Below, piece after piece: positions 52,433 to 60,656 of a DNA stretch of 64,000 nt (positions are counted from its first letter, which is position 1; every line of letters begins with the position of its first letter). This stretch comes from an uncultured Actinomycetes bacterium. GTDB taxonomy: Bacteria; Actinomycetota; Thermoleophilia; UBA2241. The notes beneath the pieces were generated by a model. That model was not told the DNA's origin, made no database searches, and saw nothing but the letters and a program-made list of their open reading frames with translations. The position numbers and the translations under genes are program-made. The DNA lies in contig CAVYCN010000006.1 of NCBI GenBank assembly GCA_963767005.1, positions 180,513 to 244,512 on the forward strand. The letters are read 5' to 3'.

Positions 52433-53071
52433 GTGCGCGTAGCGGTCTTCGGCGCGAGCGGCGGGATCGGCCGCCTGGTGGTCGAGCGGCTCCTGGCCGA
52501 CGGCCACCAGGTCGCCGCTCTCGTCCGCGCGCCCGCCAGGCTGACGATCGACCACCCTGAGCTGACCGTCCGGACGGGGCAGCTCTCCGATGCCACGGCC
52601 GTGCACGATGTGGTCGCCGGCAGCGACGCGGTGATCAGCGCGCTCGGCCCCTCACTCAAGCGCGGCACGAAGGGGACGCCGGTCGCCGACGGCACCCGCG
52701 CCATCGTCGCCGCCATGCAGGAGGCCGGCGTCCGTCGCTTCGTCGGCCTGGCGACCCCGAGCGTCCCCGACTCCCGTGACCGGCCGACGTACAAAGCCTG
52801 GCTTCTGCCGCTGATGGCCGGGGTGATGTTCCCCAACGCGCTCGCCGAGCTCCGGGGCATGACCGCGGCGGTCACGGGGTCAGATCTGGACTGGACCGTG
52901 GCCCGCATCAGCAGGCCCACCTACGGCCCGGCGAAGGGAACGCTCAGAGCGGGCTACCTCGGACGCGACTCGATCGGCTGGGCGATGACGCGAGCCGACA
53001 TCGCCGCGTTCCTCGTCGGCCAGCTCGGGGACACCACCTTCGCAAGGGCCCTGCCGGCGATCAGCAACTAG
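52433..53071 (+). CDS. NAD(P)-binding oxidoreductase (flavin/biliverdin reductase-like)
   Basis: VFGASGGIG, DAVISALG, SDLDWT, TRADIA. Confidence 0.88.
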   Translation: MRVAVFGASGGIGRLVVERLLADGHQVAALVRAPARLTIDHPELTVRTGQLSDATAVHDVVAGSDAVISALGPSLKRGTKGTPVADGTRAIVAAMQEAGVRRFVGLATPSVPDSRDRPTYKAWLLPLMAGVMFPNALAELRGMTAAVTGSDLDWTVARISRPTYGPAKGTLRAGYLGRDSIGWAMTRADIAAFLVGQLGDTTFARALPAISN

Positions 53072-53541
53072 CACGAGGGCCCGGAGCTCTGACACGAACC
53101 GGGCCAGGTTCCACGGCCCGCGAGACGAGGGGAGGTCGAGGTTCTGCTTCGCTGATAGCGGCAGCCGTGCGAGGGGCGGGCGGTCGTGCGGCAAGCGACT
53201 TGACGGCCGCGTGACCAGACCCCTGGCAGTAGCTCTCGACTTGGCGACCGGGCAGACGACCGGACAGCAGAAGCGGCCACCGAGCAGGGGAAACGCTGTG
53301 ATAGTGACAACGTTGGTGCACCTTGGTGGACAACTCTCGTACCTTCGCCACGAACTGAGGTCACCGTTCGACGCTCTGTAGCCCATGTGACAGAAGCCGA
53401 CGCTGCCCGCTCGCGGCCCATGCACGGTCTTGATGCTGCCACCGATAGGGCGCGCGACGAACCTCGAGGACCCAGCCAGTCTGCTCGCGAGCTTCCGGCG
53501 TGAGGCGCAGCGCCTGCTCAGGCACAACGGCGAACTGCCTT

Positions 53542-54213
53542 CTACTGAGTGCCCCCAAGGATTCCGTTCGTGGGAGGCGCCAAGCCCTGAGCCAGGATGT
53601 CGAGCGCCGCGGCAGCCGGAGCTGGGAAGCCTTGCGGCTCCGGTGAGCCGCCTCGGGCGGGAAGCCGTGCGCCCAGGGCGCGCTCTGTACCCCGTGCGAA
53701 GGGCAGCGCGACGACGACCGCGGCGGCCTCTGTGGCATCGACGTCTGCCCTGATCCTGCCGAGCCTCTGCTCGGCGCGGATGTACGCTGCGACCGGGGCC
53801 GCCGGAGCCGAGAGCTCGAACCCCTCGAGCGCGTTGTCGGCGACGTGCGCGGCGAAGCCGCTCGCCAGCTCCGGGTCAGCCGCCATCGAGGCCATCAGCG
53901 GCGCTGTGCGCTCCTGCAAGGTTCCGAGCAGCCCGAACAGGTACTCCAGATTGCTGCGCACCGTGCCGCTGCCGGCGCGTTCGGGGAACCGCTGCAGCTC
54001 CTCCCCCATGTCACCTATGGCGGAGAAGAACACCTCGCGAAACAGCGCGTGCTTGTCGGCGAAATGCCGGTAGATCGTGCCCTCGGCGACCCCCGCCTTG
54101 GCGGCGATCTCCCTCGTCGTCGCGCGCGCGAAGCCGCGCTCCACGAAGACCCGAAGCGCGGCGTCCATCAGGGCCTGATGCGTATCGGCGCTTCGCGAAC
54201 CGGCGGCGGTCAT
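53542..54213 (-). CDS. TetR-family regulator
   Basis: AALRVFVERGF..ATTREIA..AGVAEGTIYRHF. Confidence 0.92.
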   Translation of the reverse strand: MTAAGSRSADTHQALMDAALRVFVERGFARATTREIAAKAGVAEGTIYRHFADKHALFREVFFSAIGDMGEELQRFPERAGSGTVRSNLEYLFGLLGTLQERTAPLMASMAADPELASGFAAHVADNALEGFELSAPAAPVAAYIRAEQRLGRIRADVDATEAAAVVVALPFARGTERALGARLPARGGSPEPQGFPAPAAAALDILAQGLAPPTNGILGGTQ

Positions 54214-54241
54214 CGCTCCTCCCCCATCTCCCCCGCCCGGC

Positions 54242-55030
54242 TCATGCCGTGATGTCGCGCCGCAGGAACGTGACGGCGGCGACGGCGAACGCGGCGAGGG
54301 CGTAGGCGGCGCCCAGCAACAGGGCCGACGTGAAGGCCATGTCGGCGCTCCCGCCCGACGCGATGGCCTTGAACGCGGCCCCGGGCAGCCACTTCTGGCC
54401 GCTGCCCAGAAGCATGCTGAGCACCCCTTCGAATACCAGCAGATACCCGATCCCGATGGCGATCGAGATGCCGGCGCGGCGCGTCAAGATCCCGACGCAC
54501 AGACCAACCACGCCCCAGAGCAGGACGCAGAGTGTGAGGTGAAAGTAACCGCTGATCATCGTGTGGACCAGGTGGGGCTGCCAGGCCGCCGTGGAGACCC
54601 CGGCCGACTTGGCCAGGCCCGGCGCCATGGGCATGACCATGACGGTCGCGACCAGCGTGGCCGCGCAGGTGAACACGACGAGGGCGATGATCTTGCCGCC
54701 GAGCAGCAGCAGGCGCCTTGGCTCCGCCTGGACCAGCAGGCGGATCAGCCCGCTCGAGACGTCCGTGGTCGCCGACATCGCCCAGACGACGAGCGCGACT
54801 ATGCCCAGCATGCCGGCGAAAGTCTGCAGGCCGGCGAACATGCCGTCCGGCGCCTCGAGCATCGCGACCGTGATGTTCTGGGTGCCGGGCAGAGTGGCCG
54901 AGCCGCTGCCTGCCGTGACGAACACCACCACCGTCGCCAGTAGGCCGAAGAAGGTCATCAGGCCGATGCCGCCCAGTAGCAACCACGGGCTCGCGAGACG
55001 CGTCAGCTCGCTGCGGACCACGCGGATCAT
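54242..55030 (-). CDS. ABC-2 type exporter permease
   Basis: Six TM segments; RSELTRL, EPRR...GK, RRDI C-terminus. Confidence 0.88.
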   Translation of the reverse strand: MIRVVRSELTRLASPWLLLGGIGLMTFFGLLATVVVFVTAGSGSATLPGTQNITVAMLEAPDGMFAGLQTFAGMLGIVALVVWAMSATTDVSSGLIRLLVQAEPRRLLLLGGKIIALVVFTCAATLVATVMVMPMAPGLAKSAGVSTAAWQPHLVHTMISGYFHLTLCVLLWGVVGLCVGILTRRAGISIAIGIGYLLVFEGVLSMLLGSGQKWLPGAAFKAIASGGSADMAFTSALLLGAAYALAAFAVAAVTFLRRDITA

Positions 55031-55941
55031 GCCAACGCTTCCCGCGGCTCACCGGTCATCCGGAGGAAGACATCCTCGAGGCTGGCGTTGCGTGATCGCA
55101 GCGCGCACAACGTCATGCCGGCTTCCGTGGCGGCGCGGTTGACGTCCGCTGCCTGCGAGGCCGGGGCGTCGACGAGCACATCGCCCTCGCGCATCGAGAC
55201 CGTCCAACCCCGGGATGCGAGGAGATCGGCGAGGCGAGCCACGTCGGCGATGTGCTCCGGCTGAGCCTCGATACAGCCGCCCGCCCGGGAGACGAGCTCG
55301 CTCATCGGCCCCGAGAACAGCAGGTCGCCGTAGCGGACGACCGCGAGCGCGTCGCAGGCCGCCTCGATCTCGCTCAGATGGTGCGAGGAGACGACGACTG
55401 TACGGCCCTCATCGCCGAGACGCCGCAGCAGTGTGCGGATCTCGACGATCCCTGCCGGATCGAGACCATTGGTGGGCTCGTCGAGCACGAGCAGTTCAGG
55501 ATCGGGGAGCAGCGCGGCGGCGATCCCTAGCCTTTGCTTCATACCCAAGGAGAAGCGATTCGCAGGCTCCTTGCTGCGGTCCAGCAGACCGACGGTCTCG
55601 AGCACTTCCTCCACGCGACCGCCGGGGATCCCACGAAGCCGTGCCAGCGAGCGCAGGTTGGTTCGCGCGGAGAGCGTCGGCACGAACGCAGGGCCCTCGA
55701 CCAGCGCCCCGACGCGCGCCGCGTAGGTCAGCGGGTGCGAGATGGGCGTGCCGAAGACGGTGGCCGTGCCGGATGTCGGCTTGATGAGCCCCAGCAGCAG
55801 ACGGATCAGAGTGGACTTGCCTGACCCGTTGGGTCCCACGAGGCCTACCACGCCACCGCCGGAGATCTCGAGGTCGAGTTCACGCAGCGCCACGATGTCG
55901 CCGAACCGTCTCGTGAGTCGCTGCGTGGATATGACGGGCAC
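55027..55941 (-). CDS. ABC exporter ATP-binding protein
   Basis: GPNGSGKS, FSLGMKQR, LDEPTNGLD, SSH. Confidence 0.94.
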   Translation of the reverse strand: MPVISTQRLTRRFGDIVALRELDLEISGGGVVGLVGPNGSGKSTLIRLLLGLIKPTSGTATVFGTPISHPLTYAARVGALVEGPAFVPTLSARTNLRSLARLRGIPGGRVEEVLETVGLLDRSKEPANRFSLGMKQRLGIAAALLPDPELLVLDEPTNGLDPAGIVEIRTLLRRLGDEGRTVVVSSHHLSEIEAACDALAVVRYGDLLFSGPMSELVSRAGGCIEAQPEHIADVARLADLLASRGWTVSMREGDVLVDAPASQAADVNRAATEAGMTLCALRSRNASLEDVFLRMTGEPREALA

Positions 55942-55963
55942 GCAGGCCTCCTGGTCAGTGCGA

Positions 55964-56004
55964 GTGAGCGCTCACACACTAGCCTAGGCGCGCAGGCCGG
56001 TCAA
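55964..56004 (-). promoter_or_regulatory. Promoter TTGACC-N17-TAGTGT with palindrome GTGAGCGCTCAC over the start site (probable TetR operator)
   Basis: 12-bp perfect palindrome at 55964-55975 directly downstream of the -10. Confidence 0.65.
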
Positions 56005-56173
56005 ATCGAACCTGGCTCAGCGGGGCGGATCCCCTGTAGGTCGGGAGGCTGGAAACGACGACACCGGTCCACGGTGCGTGGAAGCGGCCGATCAGGGAAG
56101 GCGATCGGGTAGGCGACCGGTGGGACTGACTTCTGCGATTTGCAGCGAGAAACGTTGTCGAATTGACAACGTT

Positions 56174-56250
56174 TGGTGCCCCCGGAAGGATTCGAACCTT
56201 CGACCTCGCGCTCCGGAGGCGCGCGCTCTAATCCCCTGAGCTACGAGGGC
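56174..56250 (-). tRNA. tRNA-Arg(CCG)
   Basis: GCCCTCGTAGCTCAGGGGATTAGAGCGCGCGCCTCCGGAGCGCGAGGTCGAAGGTTCGAATCCTTCCGGGGGCACCA; cloverleaf with encoded CCA. Confidence 0.97.
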
Positions 56251-56377
56251 AACAGGCCGGTAGTCTAGCATCTTTCGCCCGCCGTCGCCCCGCGGCGGCG
56301 AGCCGCGGCCGGGCACCGCCGTGGCGCCTGATCGCGCGAGCGGCGGCGGGCCCGGGGCCTGCCCGGTCTCCTCTCCC

Positions 56378-56665
56378 CTACGCCGCGGTGGCGATATCGT
56401 CGATCCCCGCCGCGAGCTCGACGTCGCTGCGCGTCAGACCGCCGACGCTGTGGGTCGTGAGGGTGATCGTCACCTTGTTGTAGCGGATGTCGATGTCGGG
56501 GTGGTGAGCGACGTCCTCGGCCATCTCGGCGATCGCGTTCACGAAGTCGATGGCCCGCGAGAAGTCCTTCAGGTGGAAGGTGCGGCTGATCGCCTCGCCC
56601 TGCTCCTGCCAGTCGCTCAGGCGCTGGAGCGCCTCGTCGCGCTGCTCCACGGTCAGCTTGTCCAT
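56378..56665 (-). CDS. phhB: Pterin-4-alpha-carbinolamine dehydratase family protein
   Basis: AE...HHPDI.I.Y..V...LTTH..GGLT..D. Confidence 0.88.
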   Translation of the reverse strand: MDKLTVEQRDEALQRLSDWQEQGEAISRTFHLKDFSRAIDFVNAIAEMAEDVAHHPDIDIRYNKVTITLTTHSVGGLTRSDVELAAGIDDIATAA

Positions 56666-56782
56666 GTGTCCTCCGCCCGCTCGCCGTCGCTTCGCGCACA
56701 CAGATAGCCGCACCGCACGACTTCTAATCAGGTTTGGGCCGGCCCCGGGATGATCTGTCAGGATCGGGCGACGACGGATGCG

Positions 56783-57814
56783 TCAGGATGGCGCGGCCGC
56801 GACGACGGCCGGTCCCAGGTCGAGCGCCCCGGGCGGGCAGACCTCGGCGCACAGGCCGCAGCCGGTGCAGGCCGCGCCACTCCACACTGCCCGTCCGTCT
56901 TCGACCGCCAGCGCCGCGTGCGGACAGTAGCGCACGCACAGGCCGCAGCCGTCGCAGCCGTCGCCGACCGCGAGCGCCGCGAGCGGCAGCGCGGCGGGCA
57001 GCGCGACTGCACCGCCGCCTTCAGCCGGGCGCAGCGCGGCGAGGGCGTCGAGCAGCCGCGCGTGGGCGGCCGGCGGCGCGGCCTGGCGGTGCAGCTCATC
57101 GATGCCGTGCCGTTCCTTCGACGTCGCCTCGGCGACCGTTCGGCGGACGCCGCGCGCCAGAAACGAGAAGAGCTCCTGTCGCGACATCGCGGCGCCGTCG
57201 GCGGCCGCGCCGCCCGCGTCGCGGTCGTCGCGGCCGGCCACGCCGTCGACCGCCCGGCGCGAGAACGTCGCGCCCGCGCCGAGCGTGGCGAGCGTCGCCT
57301 GAGCGGCCTCGAGCGCGGCGGCGACGCAGGCGCCGGCCGCCGCTTGCGGGCAGTCCTCGCAGCGTCCGGCGACGAGCTCGACGGCGGCGTTCCCCAGAAC
57401 GGCGGCCGCGACCAGGTCGGCCGCGCCGACGCCGCCGAGACACGGCACGGCCACAGCTCGCAACGTCGCTCCAGCGACGGTGTAGGCCGGCTCAGCCGGC
57501 CGGCAGACGAGCGCGACGCCCGCCTGGCCCTCCGCGACGGCGGCCGCAAGGCAGTCGCGCAGCGCCGCGCTTCTGCCGACGAACGCCAGCGCCCCGGTGC
57601 GGCAGACCGCCGCGCAAGCCCCGCACGAGCTGCAGAGGTCGGGCGCGACGGCGAGCCAGTCCACGCAGGTGATCGCCGACCCCGGGCAGGCGTCGAGGCA
57701 GCGACGGCACGAGCTCCCGCGGTACCTCGTCACGACGCAGAGCGACGGGGTCACGTCGGGCAGCCGCGTGTCGAGCGCCCGCAGGCCGGCGTCGAGGAAC
57801 GTCAGCCGGTCCAC
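56783..57814 (-). CDS. Polyferredoxin / 4Fe-4S binding protein
   Basis: CRRCLDACP, CSSCGACAAVC, CDGCGLCVRYCP, CTGCGLCAEVCP. Confidence 0.85.
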   Translation of the reverse strand: MDRLTFLDAGLRALDTRLPDVTPSLCVVTRYRGSSCRRCLDACPGSAITCVDWLAVAPDLCSSCGACAAVCRTGALAFVGRSAALRDCLAAAVAEGQAGVALVCRPAEPAYTVAGATLRAVAVPCLGGVGAADLVAAAVLGNAAVELVAGRCEDCPQAAAGACVAAALEAAQATLATLGAGATFSRRAVDGVAGRDDRDAGGAAADGAAMSRQELFSFLARGVRRTVAEATSKERHGIDELHRQAAPPAAHARLLDALAALRPAEGGGAVALPAALPLAALAVGDGCDGCGLCVRYCPHAALAVEDGRAVWSGAACTGCGLCAEVCPPGALDLGPAVVAAAPS

Positions 57815-58632
57815 GGCCGATCCTGCCCCTCCCCCGCCACCCGGCGCAGGAGCTCGTAGCCGCGGCCGTCGCGCTCGACGGCGAGCTGGGCGACGAGCAG
57901 GTCGGCCAGGGCCGCGTAGGGCCCCATCGTGGCAGCCACGCGCACGGCGGCGGCGAAGCCGGGCAGCCACAGCCCGGCGTGCTCGCCGACGAACCGGTCG
58001 AGCAAGCCGTGCAGCCGGTCGGCCTCGGCCGCGTCGCCGGCCGTCCAAGCGCGTTCCTCGCGGCGGCAGAGGTGGTACAGGAACTCGAGCTCGATGAGCG
58101 CGTGATCGGGCAGCTCGCGAGCCCCGTCCGCAAGCGCCACGCCGGCGGCGGCGTAGGCGGCGGCGGCCCAGGCCGCCGCCGCCCCGTTCAGGCGCGCCGG
58201 CCGGCCGGGCTCGGCGTCGAGGTACTGCGACGCGTAGCAGTCGACCGCCGGCCGGCCGGGGCCGGTAAACAGGCGAGCGTGCTCGGCGGCCAGCTCGGCG
58301 AGCTCGGCACACCCGCTCGTCAGGCCGGCCAGCGCCGGCGCGAACGGCGCCGCGTCGGCGCCGAGCCAAGCCACCGCCTCGTCCAGCGCCGCGACGAGCT
58401 CACCGCTCTCGAGGGCGTCGGCCAGGTCGGCCGACGGCTCGCCGAAGCCGAGTGCCAGCGCGTGATACACGGCGGCACGCCGCGCGCAGGCGTCGGCCAG
58501 GCGCGCCAGTACGTCGGTCGGGCACTCCCGTGCGTCGGCCGGGCGCGCGGCGGGCTCGCCTGCCGGCGAGCCCGCCGCGCGCCCCTCGTCGTCGGGGCCG
58601 GCCGGGGGAGGTGTCGGTGCCCCGCCGGCCAC
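57802..58632 (-). CDS. TorD/DmsD-family redox enzyme maturation chaperone
   Basis: ARLFTGPG, YASQYL, ELPDHALIELEFL, EHAGLW. Confidence 0.88.
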   Translation of the reverse strand: MAGGAPTPPPAGPDDEGRAAGSPAGEPAARPADARECPTDVLARLADACARRAAVYHALALGFGEPSADLADALESGELVAALDEAVAWLGADAAPFAPALAGLTSGCAELAELAAEHARLFTGPGRPAVDCYASQYLDAEPGRPARLNGAAAAWAAAAYAAAGVALADGARELPDHALIELEFLYHLCRREERAWTAGDAAEADRLHGLLDRFVGEHAGLWLPGFAAAVRVAATMGPYAALADLLVAQLAVERDGRGYELLRRVAGEGQDRPWTG

Positions 58633-58634
58633 GC

Positions 58635-59903
58635 CTAGGAGCGCTCCTTGAGCGGCAGTGACCGGATCGCCAGCGTCAGCACGAGCGCCGCCAGCGACAC
58701 GATGCCGATCACGATCAGGAACTCCCAGACCGTCGGGAAGTACACGCTGCTCGCGGCAAACGACGAGCCGCTGCTCTGCGGGATGCCGAGCGGCGTGCCG
58801 GGCGGCAGGCTGATGGGGTCCTTGCCGAGGCCGATCACGATCAGGTTGGCGCGGTGCACGAAGATGCCGATCAGGGCGAGCACGCAGGCCGTCACGACCA
58901 CGGCCGGCCGGCGGCGCCAGGCGGCCACCGCGAGCAGCACGAACGGCACGATCAGGCCGACGATGATCTCGACGCCGAAGCCCGGCCCGTAGCGGCCGCT
59001 GAAGAGCTGGTGGACCGCGTCGGTCGGGATGCCGGGGTAGTAACCGGCGAGCACCTCGCAGAGCACGAGGAAGGCCTCGACCGCGATGAACACGGCAAGC
59101 AGGCCGCCCAGGAAGCTGCCCAGGCCGTCGTCGAACGATACCCGGCCGGCCCGCCGCGCGAGGAACGCGAGGATCGTGACCAGGGCGAGGCCCGACACGA
59201 GCGCCGAGCTGATGAACAGCGGCGGCATGATCGACGAGTACCAGAAGCCGCGCGAGATCTGCAGACCGAAGATCCAGGCGGTGATGGAGTGCACGAGCAC
59301 CGCCGCCGGCAGGGCCAGCCAGGCGAGCCGGTAGGTGATGCGATGGTCGCGCTCGCGACCGTCCGCGCCGGTGTCCTTGGTGCCCAGCGCGAGCCAGCTC
59401 CCGCGCGCCGCCAGGTCGCGCCGCATGTAGAGCCAGCAGTACAGCAGGGACAGCACCAGGTAGATGAGGATCACGGTGATGTCCCAGATCATCGGCGAGA
59501 GCCAGTGCGCGTGGATGAAGAGGTTGTAGAAGCGCTGCACATGGCCGAGGTCGGGGATGATGAGCAGCGCCGCCGTGGCGATCGTCACCGTCGCCTCGAC
59601 GACCGCCAGGCGCACGATCGGCGCGAAGCGCTCGACCCCGAACAGGCGGCCGGCCGAGGCCACGATCAGGCCGCCGGCCGACAGGCCGACGAAGAACATG
59701 AACGTGATGATGTACAGGCCCCAGATCACGTTGTCGCGCATGGCGGTGACCTGCAGGCCCCTGGCGAGCTGATAGACCCAGACCGCGAAGCCGATCACGA
59801 TCAGCGCGATCAGGACCACGAGCCACAGGGTCAGGGCGCCCGACCGGCGCGGACCGGCCGCGTGCTCCCGGGCGGGCATGCCCTCTGTCGTCGCGGCGCT
59901 CAC
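58635..59903 (-). CDS. NrfD/PsrC-family membrane anchor subunit
   Basis: WGLYI..FMFFVGLSAG, DLGH..R, SPMIWD; about 10 TM helices. Confidence 0.92.
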   Translation of the reverse strand: MSAATTEGMPAREHAAGPRRSGALTLWLVVLIALIVIGFAVWVYQLARGLQVTAMRDNVIWGLYIITFMFFVGLSAGGLIVASAGRLFGVERFAPIVRLAVVEATVTIATAALLIIPDLGHVQRFYNLFIHAHWLSPMIWDITVILIYLVLSLLYCWLYMRRDLAARGSWLALGTKDTGADGRERDHRITYRLAWLALPAAVLVHSITAWIFGLQISRGFWYSSIMPPLFISSALVSGLALVTILAFLARRAGRVSFDDGLGSFLGGLLAVFIAVEAFLVLCEVLAGYYPGIPTDAVHQLFSGRYGPGFGVEIIVGLIVPFVLLAVAAWRRRPAVVVTACVLALIGIFVHRANLIVIGLGKDPISLPPGTPLGIPQSSGSSFAASSVYFPTVWEFLIVIGIVSLAALVLTLAIRSLPLKERS

Positions 59904-60604
59904 AGCGCACCTCCCGTGGCGTTCGGGCCTCTGGGCAGCAGGTAGTGCAGGCTCGGCTCGGTGCCGCGCTCGGGGAACACCACATACGACGGCCGGTCGC
60001 GCAGCAGGGTCGACACCTCGCTGCTCGGGTCGTCGAAGTCGCCGAAGACACGCGCGCCCGTTGGGCAGGTGACCACGCAGCGCGGCAGGAGGCCCTTCGT
60101 AGTGCGCTGCACGCAGAAGGTGCACTTTTCGACGACGCCTCGCGGGCGGGCGGGCGTCTCGCCCACCACGGCGACGCTGGCCGGCGGCTCCTGCACCGGC
60201 TTGCGCCAGTTGAAGACGCGGTTGTCGTAGGGGCAGGCCACCATGCAGTACCGGCAGCCGATGCAGCGGTCGTAGTTCACATTGACGATGCCGTTCGGCA
60301 TCTTGTAGGTCGCCTGCACCGGGCAGGCCTTCACGCAGGGCGGATTGTCGCAGTGGAAGCAGTTCGTCGACTGGTAGGCCATGGTGAGCTGCGGGAACTG
60401 GCCCTGCGGCGTGTCCATGTACGGACCGCCGACGGTGAGCACCCGCAGCCAGTACAGGCCGAGGCCCACGTCCTGCTGCTCCTTGCAGGCGACGGCGCAG
60501 CTCCAGCAGCCGATGCAGCGTTCCTGGTCGACGACCATGCCGAGGCGCGTGGCCTTGATCAGCTTCGGGTCGGGGACGTCGACGCCGGGGTAGGTGGTGC
60601 TCAT
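59900..60604 (-). CDS. Four-cluster Fe-S subunit (DmsB/NrfC-like)
   Basis: CIGCWSCAVAC, CFHCDNPPCVKACP, CIGCRYCMVACP, KCTFC, CVVTCP. Confidence 0.93.
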   Translation of the reverse strand: MSTTYPGVDVPDPKLIKATRLGMVVDQERCIGCWSCAVACKEQQDVGLGLYWLRVLTVGGPYMDTPQGQFPQLTMAYQSTNCFHCDNPPCVKACPVQATYKMPNGIVNVNYDRCIGCRYCMVACPYDNRVFNWRKPVQEPPASVAVVGETPARPRGVVEKCTFCVQRTTKGLLPRCVVTCPTGARVFGDFDDPSSEVSTLLRDRPSYVVFPERGTEPSLHYLLPRGPNATGGAL

Positions 60605-60656
60605 CGCGCGCCCCTTCGCTCGTGCTTGTCTGACAGGGACTCGACGTTCATCGCCG

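Noticed and set aside
53072-53541. 470-bp gap examined for integron attC sites, IS remnants or a small gene
   Set aside because: No paired RYYYAAC/GTTRRRY ends, no terminal repeats, no ORF with convincing codon bias
45500-56173. Prophage or integrative element with att sites at tRNA-Arg
   Set aside because: No integrase, phage genes or duplicated tRNA 3' end found by eye
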